Shown: in pieces, positions 16,739-26,659 of the stretch
Layout: the number at the start of each line of letters is the position of its first letter
Numbering within the stretch: the first letter of the stretch is position 1
Source of the DNA: Nitrosopumilus sp.
GTDB lineage: Archaea; Thermoproteota; Nitrososphaeria; Nitrososphaerales; Nitrosopumilaceae
Assembly: GCA_963662625.1 (NCBI GenBank)
Contig: OY759726.1
Coordinates: 224,001-288,000 of the forward strand
Direction of reading: 5' to 3'
Length of the DNA stretch: 64,000 bases
Made by a program: the position numbers and the translations under genes
The notes under the pieces: model-generated
What the model was told of the DNA's origin: nothing
What the model saw: only the letters and a program-made list of their open reading frames with translations
The model's database searches: none

Positions 16739-18251
16739 TCCCCCTCCAAGGGTGCCTTTGTTGGTATTCAAGGGCCCCCTCCGGAATCGTGGCCCCTCCC
16801 CGTCCTGCCGGCACGCGCCGCGTCTTGCTCTTCCCCTTCCGGCGCCGGGGCCCCCGCGGTGCCCGACCCGCCGCGTACGAAGACGGCCGCGTCCTTCGGC
16901 GAACCTGCCCTTGGGAGCCCCGGCCCCCGGCCGCGGGCCCCGGTTCCGGGCGGAAGGCACTGCCCCGCCGCTGCAGAGTCCCCGGCCGCGTCGCTTGCAA
17001 GTTCACGGTACGGGTAAAAAGAGGCCAGCGTCATCGCCCCTCCCCCATCCCGCAGGGCGGCGTTGCTTTCGTACGGCATTCCAGTGAACGCGGGTTGCGC
17101 GACCGTGTCCGCGGCGGCGATTCCGCCTCCCGTCGCCGCAACCGGTGGTTTGTTATTCATATATGCTTCCTTTCCTAATAATAATTAGGAATAAGAATAA
17201 TATAAACTAATAGTATTTATTATAGATTTAATTATTATTAATAACCAGCACGTCTGAGGCGCCAAGACTGCCAAAATCCAACGGCCTTGGGCCGCGCGCG
17301 GCGCCATGCCACCTATTGGTGGCGGCAAGCACCAGATACAAAAGGATCAGTCCCTGCCGTAGGCTGGCGATCTCCCACCGCCAAGAGATGATCCCTTGCT
17401 GGCTGGCGGCCTTGCAGATCAGCCGGTGCGGGCGTCCAGGCCAATATGCAAGGCACCGCTTGAACCTGCCCCGCTTCGGGACGCCCGCGTCTGAGGGGTT
17501 TTCAGGTTTTGGAAGGCACGGGATGTCCTCACCTACGCGATTCTGCGGACGGAATGAAAGTTTTTCGTAGCTGCTGACAAAAAGGCGGGTCCTCCCCACG
17601 CGCCACAAAGTCATTCAGGCCTGCGGAGATCATCTGTTAGCGCTTCCGGGGTTCCAAACGGTTTTGGTCTGTCCTTTCCAGACTCGCGCTGTTCTGTCGC
17701 ATGCTCCTAGTTTGGCCACGGGCCGCATCCCGCGCGCTGCCCTGTTTCTTGCATGCGTTGCAATGCCCCCAATGGTTTTGAAATTGTTGGGCAGGATCCC
17801 CGCCCAATGGCGGGCGACGGGTTCAAAACATTGCAGGGTGCGCGCTCTCTGGCTGGGATGTCTGGCAGTGGCAGGCGCGTTCCGAAGCACGGGACGGTTT
17901 GCCGCACAGGATGCCTCAAATCCGGCCGGGTCCGCCCACGCCGTCGGCGCCAGCCGGCGTCCCGGCAGCCATTCCGGCGACCGGCGGCGCGGTTGCGAGT
18001 CCGTCCGCGCGGGTGGCGTGCCGGCGCGCGGCCGCCCCGTTTCCCGGCCCCCGTGCGGGCAGCGCATCCCGCGCGCCGGGCGGGACGGGCTCGATCAGGC
18101 CGAAACACGGCACGCCCCGCTCGTGGCACGGGGCTGCGACGGCAGAGATCGTGGGCCCCGGGGCCCTCCTCGCGCGCTATGAAAACCCCATTCCCGCCGC
18201 CTGCAGCTCGCGCAGCTATGCTTTTTAGTTCGCGCCCCCGCCACAACTTAC

Positions 18252-19136
18252 TTGGATTACGAGTCGCTTCTCGAGTTCATCCGGAAGAGGATGAGGATGA
18301 CGCACGTCTACCAGCCGCTGATGCTCAAGACGCTGCTCGAGTCCCCCGACGGGAGGGCCACCGTGGAGCAGATTGCTCGCAGTTTCCTGAACGTGGACGG
18401 CCCCCAGATGCAGTACTACAAGAGAATCGTCAAGAGGTGGCCCCACATTACCCTCAGGAAGCACGGCGTCGTCAGCTACGACGGGGGCACGTACACCCTC
18501 CTGCTCGACGGAGCGGTCACCAAGGAGCAGAGGCGATCCCTCATAGGTTGGTGCGAACTGAGGTTGCACGAGTTCATGGACAGGGATCCGCGGATAACGA
18601 GGTTCCGCGAGCTTGACCGGAGGTCCGTGTCCGGGAGCATGAGGTACGACGCGCTGTCAAGATCAAGGGGGGTCTGCGTCGCGTGCGGCGCAAGGTCCAC
18701 CGAGGCGTTCCTCCACGTCGATCACATAGTCCCTCGGTCGATGGGCGGGAAGACCGAGCCGGACAACCTGCAGGCCCTGTGCGACAAGTGCAACCTCCAG
18801 AAGAGGGACCGCGACGACACGGATTTCCTGCTGTGGCACAAGAGGCTCGAGTTCAGGAACCCAAGGTGCGGGTTCTGCAAGAAGCCGGCGGGAGCTGTCT
18901 CAAACGGGATGGCGTACGCGGTCCTGGAACGCCGGGCCGCGGGCGCGCTTGTCGTGCCGAACCGCCACGTGGAGTCATTCATGGACTTGGCGCCGCCGGA
19001 AAAGCAGCTCTGCCTTGCCCTGGTCGACAGGGTCATCGGCGGGATGAGGGGGGACTCCAATCGCGGGCGGTTTCGCGTCGGCGGGCTTGACGGCAGCCAT
19101 GGCGGCCACTGCCGCATAAGCATAACGCCGGAGTAG
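18252..19136 (+). CDS. HNH endonuclease with N-terminal winged-helix-like domain and degenerate C-terminal HIT domain
   Basis: CVACG..LHVDHIVP..GG...NLQALCDKCN (HNH). CGFC...LVVPNRHV (HIT-like) but HxHxH replaced by HCRISI. Confidence 0.8.
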   Translation: MDYESLLEFIRKRMRMTHVYQPLMLKTLLESPDGRATVEQIARSFLNVDGPQMQYYKRIVKRWPHITLRKHGVVSYDGGTYTLLLDGAVTKEQRRSLIGWCELRLHEFMDRDPRITRFRELDRRSVSGSMRYDALSRSRGVCVACGARSTEAFLHVDHIVPRSMGGKTEPDNLQALCDKCNLQKRDRDDTDFLLWHKRLEFRNPRCGFCKKPAGAVSNGMAYAVLERRAAGALVVPNRHVESFMDLAPPEKQLCLALVDRVIGGMRGDSNRGRFRVGGLDGSHGGHCRISITPE

Positions 19137-19328
19137 ATCCTGGCGGTGCCACTGCCCCGGCGCTCCACGCCGCGCGATTCCCTGACGCCGCCGCAGGCGG
19201 GGGGGGCGGACGCCGCGGGGGTTGCCGGGGCCAAATGCGGGGGACCTGCTCCCGCGCGCGGCAGCCGGCAGGACCGCATCCCCGGACCCCCGCAATCAAT
19301 ATTTTATGCCGGTGCCGGAAAACCATGC

Positions 19329-19883
19329 ATGGCGGCCAGGTGCGAGTGGGCAAGGGAAGAGCCCATGATATCCTACCACGACAGCGAGTGGGGCGTCCCG
19401 GAGCACGACGACCGGAGGCTGCTAGAGTTCCTGATCCTCGAGGGCGCCCAGGCCGGCCTGTCCTGGATGACCATCCTCAAACGCAGGGAGGGCTACAGGA
19501 GGGCGTTTTCCAACTTCGACCCCTCGAAGGTGTCCCGGTACGGCCAAAGAGAGGCGGAAAGGCTGGCAGGCGACCCCTCCATAATACGAAACAGGCTGAA
19601 GATAGCGTCTGCCATCAACAACGCCAGGCGGTTTTTGAGGGTGCAGGAGGAGTTCGGATCCTTTGACAGGTACGTCTGGGGCTTTGTGAACCACAGGCCG
19701 CTGAAGAACCGGTTCAGGAGGGCGTCGGACCTGCCCGCGAGCACCCCGCTGTCGGGACGGTTGAGCGCCGACCTCAGGGGGAGGGGGTTCACGTTTGTGG
19801 GCCCCACCATCTGCTATGCGTTCATGCAGGCCACGGGCATGGTGAACGACCACACGACAGACTGTTTTTTGCATCGCATGTGA
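19329..19883 (+). CDS. tag: DNA-3-methyladenine glycosylase I
   Basis: RCEW, YHDSEWG, LEGAQAGLSW, IIRNRLKI, NDHTTDC. Confidence 0.95.
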   Translation: MAARCEWAREEPMISYHDSEWGVPEHDDRRLLEFLILEGAQAGLSWMTILKRREGYRRAFSNFDPSKVSRYGQREAERLAGDPSIIRNRLKIASAINNARRFLRVQEEFGSFDRYVWGFVNHRPLKNRFRRASDLPASTPLSGRLSADLRGRGFTFVGPTICYAFMQATGMVNDHTTDCFLHRM

Positions 19884-20149
19884 CCTCCGGGCGGTCATCG
19901 CGTGCTCATGCGCGGAAATGGCGCCAAAAGCGCGGCACCTGCTTGGTTTTCCTGCGTTGTGCCGGGCGTCCCGGGTTCAAGCCGCCTGGGCGGGCCATTC
20001 GGGCTGTTCGAGAGCCGGCCTCGTTGCGCCGGGGGCTTTGGGGCCCGATGTGGGGGATCCAGGATCCGGGCACCGGCGTCTGGCACGCCGTTCCCCGCGC
20101 GCGCCGGCGCCCGCGTCACTGGGCAGGCGCCAGGCCGACATCCATGGTG

Positions 20150-21170
20150 ACGGAGGATCCGGGCAGGGGCCGAACGCGGTGAGCGCGCCCGCGGTGCCCG
20201 ATGACGGGCCTGCCGGCGACGTCGCCGCGGCGTACCCCTCCGGCACCGCCACCTGCGCCAGGAAGCCGGCCGGGGTTATGCCGGCCTTGCTTGCCGTGCC
20301 GTCCTGGCCGTCGGTCACGGAGTCCAGCTCGCCGGCGGAGTACGCGTACACGGTTACCGTCGCGCCCGGTATGGCCGGCTCGCCCCCGCCAATCCTGCCG
20401 TTGGCGTTGGGGTCGGCGTGCGCGGTGACGTCGGGCGTCACGGCCTCCGACGGTTGTACGGGGCGGCACCTTCGAACATGCCGGACATGTCAGTGGCAGA
20501 CTAGACGTCCCAGGCGTCCAGGGGCTGGTTGAAGGAGGCGGCATTCGAGAACGCGCAGGACGTGCCGGTCACGGAGGAAGCGTCCCAGGAGCCGAGGGGC
20601 TGGTCGAAGGAGGCGGCGCCCTCGAACATGCCGGACATGTCCGTCGCGCCCGACACGCCCCAGGAGGAGATGCCGCCGTCGGAGTCGTGGAACATGCATC
20701 CAAGGCAGGTCACGCCTGACAGGTCCGGGGCGCCAGTTGCCCTGTACTCCATTCCGGACGCGCCGCTGAACGCGTGCTCCACCGTGGTCCACCATGCGGC
20801 GCCCCACCGGTCTATCGAGCGCAGATTGGCGGCGTTCACTGGATCCCCGCCCATGCAGATCCGGGCAAGGCCGCCCGTTACCTTCACGGTGTAAATCCCG
20901 GGGGGCCGCACTCGTGCGCGGCGTCGCCCGAATGCGTGGCGCTGCTGCCGTCGCCCCAGTCCACCGCGTAGGCGCCCCCGACTGGGGTTGTCATCGACTC
21001 GGCGGCGGCGGAGGTCTCCCAGGCGGTCACGAACGGGCCCGGCGCGGCGGACTAGCCGTGTGCAGGGTCGGCGCTGCCTGCGACCGCCGCGCACGCGGCA
21101 GCGGCCACGACGCACAGGGCGGCGCGCGGCACTCCTGGGCGGGTTCCCACCGAGTCTTGCTACGGCCGTG
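20150..21170 (-). pseudogene. Decayed BspA/DUF285 surface protein with SdrD-B-like domain
   Basis: FDQPLGSWDASSV / FNQPLDAWDV repeats, APDLSGVT, DPNANGRIGGGEPAIPG; split over frames with stops. Confidence 0.7.
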
Positions 21171-21279
21171 TTGCATTGATTGGTGCGCGCGCACGCGGGC
21201 CGGCGGCGGGATCATGGGGCACCCCGCTTGGCCGAAAGCATCGAAACCGTTTTAATGGACGCGGGGCATCCAGAATCAA

Positions 21280-21789
21280 ATGAGGCTGTCCGCCAAGGTG
21301 AAGAGATCCCTCGACAAGCAGATCGAGCTGGAGGCCGCCGCGTCGCAGTCGTACCTCGCAATGGCGTCGTGGTGCGAGGTAACCGGCTACGAGGGAGCGG
21401 CGGGCTACTTTTACGCCCAGTCCGACGAGGAGCGCGCCCACATGCTCAAGATAGTCCGCTACCTCAACGGCATGGGCCATCCCGCGACGGTCCCGCCCCT
21501 GAAATCGCCGCCCTCCTCCTACAAGTCGCTCGAGGAGGTTGTCTCCAGGGCGCTGAAAGGCGAGCAGGCCGTCACCAAGGCCATCCACGCCATGGCGGAT
21601 CTCGCGCAGAAGGAGAGGGACTATTCCACGTACGCGTTCCTGGAGTGGTTCGTCAACGAGCAGGTGCAGGAGGAGACAAAGTTCGAGGCGATCCTGCAAA
21701 AGTTCGACACCATAGGCAGGGACAGCCTGGCGGTAAACGAGATCGACAAGTACTTGGGCTCCCAGCCGGCCGAACCGGCCCAGGAGTGA
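21280..21789 (+). CDS. ftnA: Ferritin
   Basis: YLAMASW, EERAH, FLEWFVNEQVQEE ferroxidase motifs. Confidence 0.92.
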   Translation: MRLSAKVKRSLDKQIELEAAASQSYLAMASWCEVTGYEGAAGYFYAQSDEERAHMLKIVRYLNGMGHPATVPPLKSPPSSYKSLEEVVSRALKGEQAVTKAIHAMADLAQKERDYSTYAFLEWFVNEQVQEETKFEAILQKFDTIGRDSLAVNEIDKYLGSQPAEPAQE

Positions 21790-21848
21790 CCCGGCCCGCG
21801 TTCCCGCGACCGCCCCGCGGGACAATTATAATTACGCGCCGATCCCAT

Positions 21849-22007
21849 ATGGTACCGTTGGCAGGCATAAGGGACGTCGCGAGGTTCTTCTCGTTCGTGG
21901 CAGGCGGCATAGTAGCGATCATCGTGGGATCCTTCATGATCCGCGGCACCATGCACATGTGGGACAACCCCGACGCCGACGATCCCGACGCCGAAAACAA
22001 TGACTAA
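21849..22007 (+). CDS. Small membrane protein
   Basis: One TM helix, acidic tail; TATA (TTATAAT) upstream. Confidence 0.55.
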   Translation: MVPLAGIRDVARFFSFVAGGIVAIIVGSFMIRGTMHMWDNPDADDPDAENND

Positions 22008-22033
22008 AAAGCGGGGGGCTGGCATGCCCAGCC

Positions 22034-22336
22034 ATGTCGCGCGAGGCCGCCCTGCGCAGGTCCCTGGAGGGATACGTAAGGAACCGCATCAGGGAGATCC
22101 CCGCCGAGGTATCCCAGGCGTTCCCCGGCGCGGCCAGGGTCTGGAAGTGCTCGGACGAGGCCGACTTCCTCTACGGGTACTACGTGGGAAAGATCGAGGA
22201 GGGCGCCCTGCGCTACCTGCTGAAGGCCACCAGGGCGTCCGCGGGCGGGTTTGTAGACTCTTTTGAGATCCGCGGGATCATCGAGTCCCAGAGGGGGGCC
22301 CTGGTGGACGCGGTCAGGAAGGCCCTGTCTCAGTGA
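22034..22336 (+). CDS. Conserved hypothetical protein
   Basis: DFLYGYYVGKIEEG; host-like codon usage. Confidence 0.7.
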   Translation: MSREAALRRSLEGYVRNRIREIPAEVSQAFPGAARVWKCSDEADFLYGYYVGKIEEGALRYLLKATRASAGGFVDSFEIRGIIESQRGALVDAVRKALSQ

Positions 22337-22367
22337 AGTAAAAATACCGGCGCGCCGCACCCGTAGC

Positions 22368-22541
22368 ATGGTAGGACCGAAGGACGGAGGGTTCGGGTTT
22401 GACCAGTCGAGGAAGTACACCAGCATAGACAACATAGACGAGATCTGCGTCCAGTGCCAGGCGGGCCAGCACAAGAAGTGCCTCAAGAAGGCGGGGCGGC
22501 AGGCCGGGTGCGAGTGCGAGCACTGCCTCGTTTACGGCTGA
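22368..22541 (+). CDS. Small Cys/His metal-binding protein
   Basis: CVQC..H..C...CECEHC. Confidence 0.6.
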   Translation: MVGPKDGGFGFDQSRKYTSIDNIDEICVQCQAGQHKKCLKKAGRQAGCECEHCLVYG

Positions 22542-23023
22542 CCCCGCGCGTGCGGCGGCCCCAAGATCCCGAACCCGCAGCATTCCAAGCACGTCCCGCT
22601 CCTGAAGGCGGCAGGCGGCGTGTGCTCCCACCTGCAGGCGTACCGCCACCCGGACAATGCCGCGCTCCTGCCTGGAGAGGTCCCCCCCTGACGGAGGACA
22701 ACGCCGGCCCGGAACTGCTCTTCTCCCAGAACTACATAACCGCAAGCTTTGCCCCACGGCAGGGCGAGCCGCTGAACCTCTACAGCGGCGACACGAAGAC
22801 GGCGTACACCCTGACCGACGTCAGCGACGGCCTGGGAAAGGCCTTGATGATGGAAATGGCACAGACGGCGTGTGCCCTGACGGCACGCTCGGCATAATCA
22901 CGCCGTTAGAAACGCCGTTCCTGACAGAGTCCAACCACCGCTACATGCGGGGGAACCTCACCGAGGAGCGCGCGGTCAGGATGGCAAACGCCGTGATGCC
23001 GGTCGGGGAAGCAGGACAGGCGC

Positions 23024-23520
23024 ATGGCGCTGATCCGCGGGAAGGCCGCCGCGGCGGGGGATCCCCTGCCGCGCGCGGGCTCGCCCCCGCCCAGCCTCCC
23101 CGCGAGCGGCGTGGCGCCGCCCGCGCCGCCGTGCGGCCCGCCGCCCGGCTCCCGCGGGGCGCGCCTGATCGCGGACGGGGCGTGCGCGTCGCGGGACAAC
23201 GTGCTGAGGTGCCGCGGCATGGGCGTGGGGCCGACCGTCCCGGCCAGGGTAGCGCCCGCCGCCGGGGGCAGGGGCGCCGGCGGCGCGCGGCGCGGGGCGG
23301 CCCGGAGGCGCGCGCCGGCAGGATGGGCAGGGGGGAGAGGGGGGAGAACGCCCGGTACCGGGAGGCCAGGAAGGGGCGCGGCGGGAGGCGGCTGACCGGG
23401 ATAACCATGTCGGCGTTCAAGGGGACGTCCGGGGACCACGCGCGCTCGCGCAGGTGGGAGAACATCGTGCAGGAGGCAAGGCCCACGGCGGCCCAGCACG
23501 ACCGGTGGGCGGTGGTGTAG
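23024..23520 (+). mobile_element. Degenerate IS5-like DDE transposase fragment
   Basis: LIADGACASRDN (cf. ADGAYDSR) and SAFKGTSGDHARSRRWENIVQE (cf. SAFKRxFGExVxSRxWENMVxE), in different frames. Confidence 0.6.
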
Positions 23521-23626
23521 GGACCCCAAGCGGCACGGCCCGGCCACGGCCCGGGGATCGTGCCTAGTTGTTCAACAGACTACCCCCGCCGGCAACGTTT
23601 TAATGCAGACGCCCCCCTACGTGCCC

Positions 23627-23740
23627 GTGGCAGACAGGTTCGACTTTCGCTGCAGGTACTGCGGGAAGGGCTTCGGCGGCGACGTGGTCGGGCTCGCAAG
23701 GCACATCGGAAGGCGGCACGATCCCGTCAGGTCCGGGTAG
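23627..23740 (+). CDS. C2H2 zinc-finger microprotein (37 aa)
   Basis: FRCRYCGKGF...LARHIGRRH; TATA-like tract ~25 bp upstream. Confidence 0.6.
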   Translation: MADRFDFRCRYCGKGFGGDVVGLARHIGRRHDPVRSG

Positions 23741-23765
23741 ATTCAATAATGCCCCGCCCCGCCGT

Positions 23766-23870
23766 ATGGCGATGACCAGACTACAAAAGGTTGCCGCCTG
23801 GGTCGCCATAATAGGCGGCGGGGTGGGGTTCTTCTTCTTCTCGCAGTTTGCGGCAGAAGCCATGCGGTGA
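23766..23870 (+). CDS. Single-TM microprotein (34 aa)
   Basis: MAMTRLQKVAAWVAIIGGGVGFFFFSQFAAEAMR. Confidence 0.5.
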   Translation: MAMTRLQKVAAWVAIIGGGVGFFFFSQFAAEAMR

Positions 23871-23908
23871 CGAAAACAGATTTTACCGGACGGCCCCGCC
23901 AGGCACGT

Positions 23909-24349
23909 ATGATAGGCGAGCGTGTCGCGCGGTTCTTGGAGAGGCAGAAGCTCGGGTACGTGGCAACCGTGTCGGCCGACGGCACGCCGAACCTTTCCCC
24001 GAAGGGCACGATCATCGCGCTGGACTCCAAGACCCTCGCGTTTGCTGACATCCGCTCGCCGAACACCGTCAGGAACCTGGAGGCCAACCCGAGCCTGGAG
24101 ATCAACGTGGTCGACCCGCTGCTCCGCAAGGGGTTCCGCTTCGCCGGAAGGGCCAGGATCGTCAGGGACGGCCGGGCCTTCGGCGAGATACTCGGGCGCT
24201 ACAGGAGGGACGGCGTCAGGAGCCGCGTCAAGGCCATAGTGATAGTCGACGTCCTGGGCGTGTCTGAGGTCACGTCCCCCCTGTACGACCTGGGCCTCAC
24301 CGAGGACGAGGTGAGGGCGCGGTGGAGGGCCCGCATGCTAGGCGCGTGA
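23909..24349 (+). CDS. Pyridoxamine 5'-phosphate oxidase family FMN-binding protein
   Basis: VATVSADGTPNLSPKG..TVRNLEANP. Confidence 0.88.
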   Translation: MIGERVARFLERQKLGYVATVSADGTPNLSPKGTIIALDSKTLAFADIRSPNTVRNLEANPSLEINVVDPLLRKGFRFAGRARIVRDGRAFGEILGRYRRDGVRSRVKAIVIVDVLGVSEVTSPLYDLGLTEDEVRARWRARMLGA

Positions 24350-24829
24350 CCCCTTCCTGAGCCGCTCCAGCTCCCCCCGGGTCTCGCCGTGGCCCCGCCT
24401 CTCCTCCTCCAGGAGCCGGCGCGCATCTTCGAGCTCCCTCTCGGCCGCTGCCAGCCGCGACTTTAGCGAGCCCACCACCGCGCTTGCCGCCTCGATGACC
24501 CCCCGGGGCCCGGGGCCGTCGGCCAGCGTGGGGCGCCCTCCCGGCCCCGCGGCCCCGCCCCGGGATCCGGCCACGCGCGCCTTCCTCAGCCCCTCAAGCT
24601 CGGCCTTCTTCTGGTTCGTCTCTTTTTTTACCATCATCAGGTTCGCGACGGCCGTGTCGTACTCCTCCCTGACTGCCCTGAGCCTCCCCGTCACCTCGTC
24701 GAGCTGGGCGCTCGCCTCCCGGAACTTGCCCTGCAGGGCCTCCACCTCGCCTTCCAGATCCCCCTTCAGCGCGTGCTCGGCGCCGCCGTCCTCCTGGCGC
24801 TCCGGGCGCCTCCTACCGAACAGGCCCAT
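24338..24829 (-). CDS. Coiled-coil hypothetical protein
   Basis: MGLFG start; heptad pattern. Confidence 0.65.
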   Translation of the reverse strand: MGLFGRRRPERQEDGGAEHALKGDLEGEVEALQGKFREASAQLDEVTGRLRAVREEYDTAVANLMMVKKETNQKKAELEGLRKARVAGSRGGAAGPGGRPTLADGPGPRGVIEAASAVVGSLKSRLAAAERELEDARRLLEEERRGHGETRGELERLRKGSRA

Positions 24830-24865
24830 GCACCACCACCGCCCCCCGGGCAAATGAACCTTCCC

Positions 24866-25066
24866 TCACTTGTTCCTCACCCTGGTGCGGACGAACTTCA
24901 GGTAAAACCCGAGCCCGCCGATCGCCAGCCCCCCGGCCAGCGCCGCGGCGCCAAGCCCGGGGCTGGACGGGTGGATGTTGGGCGCCAGGAACAGCAGCAG
25001 CGCGCCCAGGATGATCAGGGCAAATCCCCCGCTTTTCCTCGACCGGTTGTGCTCGCTGTGGGCCAT
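24866..25066 (-). CDS. Small membrane protein
   Basis: Two hydrophobic segments; directly follows lysS. Confidence 0.6.
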   Translation of the reverse strand: MAHSEHNRSRKSGGFALIILGALLLFLAPNIHPSSPGLGAAALAGGLAIGGLGFYLKFVRTRVRNK

Positions 25067-25068
25067 GT

Positions 25069-26655
25069 TCACGCGTACTCTGAGATCGTTTTGGCGACCC
25101 GCCCCGCCCCCATGTCGCTGATGAGCGGCCCGATCTTGGGCCCCCGGGTCGTGCCCAGTATTATCTGGTACAGCGTCCTGAAGAACTCCCCGGTCGGGAT
25201 CCCGCTGCCCTTGGCGATCCGGTAGATCGAGTCCTGGATCTCCTCGGGGGCCCCTCCGGCCTCCAGCGCCTCGGCCAGCATCCTCAGGGCCCCCCGCACC
25301 CCCGGTTCCAGGTCCAGGTCTGCCCTCTCCCTCACGCCGAACTCGTCCGCAAAGTTTCCAGCCAGCCCGACCAGGCCGTCGAGCTCCCCCGTCCTCTCCC
25401 TTATCACGCCGTACTCCACCAGCTTCTTTGCCACCAGCTCGGCCCTGCCTTCCCTGAATATCTTGCACAGCTCCACCAGCAGCCGGTAGCTTACGTGGGG
25501 GCCGGGCCGCCCCGGCGGGTCCAGCAGGTTGGCGTACTCGTAGAGCCCCCTCATCTTCGCCAGCTTCGCGGCGTTGCCCACGCCCGTCTTGCCGAAATAG
25601 ACGTCCTCTAGCTCGTTGTACTCGTCCATGAGGCCGGGTATGTCCGCGAGCCCCAGCTCCCGCGCCCCCGTGATCCTCTTGTACAGCAGCAGCAGGATCG
25701 ACTCTGGGCTGCCAAACTCCAGCCACCTCTGGGCGGTGAGCACGTTTCCCAGCGACTTGGAGATCTTCTTGCCGCCCTTGTCCAGGAACATCTCGTACTT
25801 GACGTGGTGCGGGTGCGGGAAGCCCAGCACCTCGTCTGCCACCCAGTCGTTGACCCTGACCGAGTCCATTATGTCCTTCCCGTACGCCTCGAAGCGGACG
25901 TCAAACGCCGCCCACCTTGCCGCGAACTCCACCTTCCACGCGAGCTTCCCCAGGTCCCTCGCGACGTCCGCCTCGCCCCGGTGGCCGCACCCCTTCACCA
26001 CCCTGCCCCCTATCTGCGCGTCGCGGCACGCGTAGGCGACCGCCCTCTTGTCGGCAAGGTACCCGGTGGACTCCGCGGTGTACAGCCTGTCGCACCCGGA
26101 GCACACGGGAAAGTACGGCAGGTACCTCCGGTATTTTTCCTGCCCGACCATCTCGGATATCCTCTGCCCTATCGCGGCGGCGTTCTGCAGGATGGCGTGG
26201 ATCTGGTCCGCCAGCAGCCCGTCCCTGTACGTGTCGACTGCCCTCCTGAACTCGTATTTCACCCCCACCCTGTCCAGCCCGTCAAGCAGGATGCTGCTCA
26301 TGTGCATCCCGTACGAATCGTGGCACCCGAACGGGTCGGGGATCAGCGACACCGGCTTGGCGATGTGCTCCTCCAGCGAGTCAGGGAAGCCGTCGGGGAT
26401 CTTCCTCAGCCCGTCCAGGTCGTCCGAGTAGGCGATCAGCACCGACCTGTACCCCATGTCCTCGAGGGCCAGCTTCACGCCGTACGCCCGCACGGCGTCG
26501 CCCAGGCTGCCTATGTGCGGGATGCCCGACGCCCCGAGGCCGCTCTCGACGCGTATCTCCCCCAGGTCGCGGCCCAGCGACTCCTCGCGCCGCAGCAGCT
26601 CGTGGGCCAGCTTGTCTATCCACGTCCCCCTTCCGATCTTCTCCTGCCCGGGCAT
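25069..26655 (-). CDS. lysS: Lysine--tRNA ligase, class I
   Basis: SGIPHIGS, GKLAWKVEF, KISKS. Confidence 0.95.
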   Translation of the reverse strand: MPGQEKIGRGTWIDKLAHELLRREESLGRDLGEIRVESGLGASGIPHIGSLGDAVRAYGVKLALEDMGYRSVLIAYSDDLDGLRKIPDGFPDSLEEHIAKPVSLIPDPFGCHDSYGMHMSSILLDGLDRVGVKYEFRRAVDTYRDGLLADQIHAILQNAAAIGQRISEMVGQEKYRRYLPYFPVCSGCDRLYTAESTGYLADKRAVAYACRDAQIGGRVVKGCGHRGEADVARDLGKLAWKVEFAARWAAFDVRFEAYGKDIMDSVRVNDWVADEVLGFPHPHHVKYEMFLDKGGKKISKSLGNVLTAQRWLEFGSPESILLLLYKRITGARELGLADIPGLMDEYNELEDVYFGKTGVGNAAKLAKMRGLYEYANLLDPPGRPGPHVSYRLLVELCKIFREGRAELVAKKLVEYGVIRERTGELDGLVGLAGNFADEFGVRERADLDLEPGVRGALRMLAEALEAGGAPEEIQDSIYRIAKGSGIPTGEFFRTLYQIILGTTRGPKIGPLISDMGAGRVAKTISEYA

Positions 26656-26659
26656 CTCC

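Noticed and set aside
22600-23000. Protein-like fragments (ELLFSQNYITASF.., IITPLETPFL..)
   Set aside because: Probably a decayed gene, but I cannot assign a family or boundaries.
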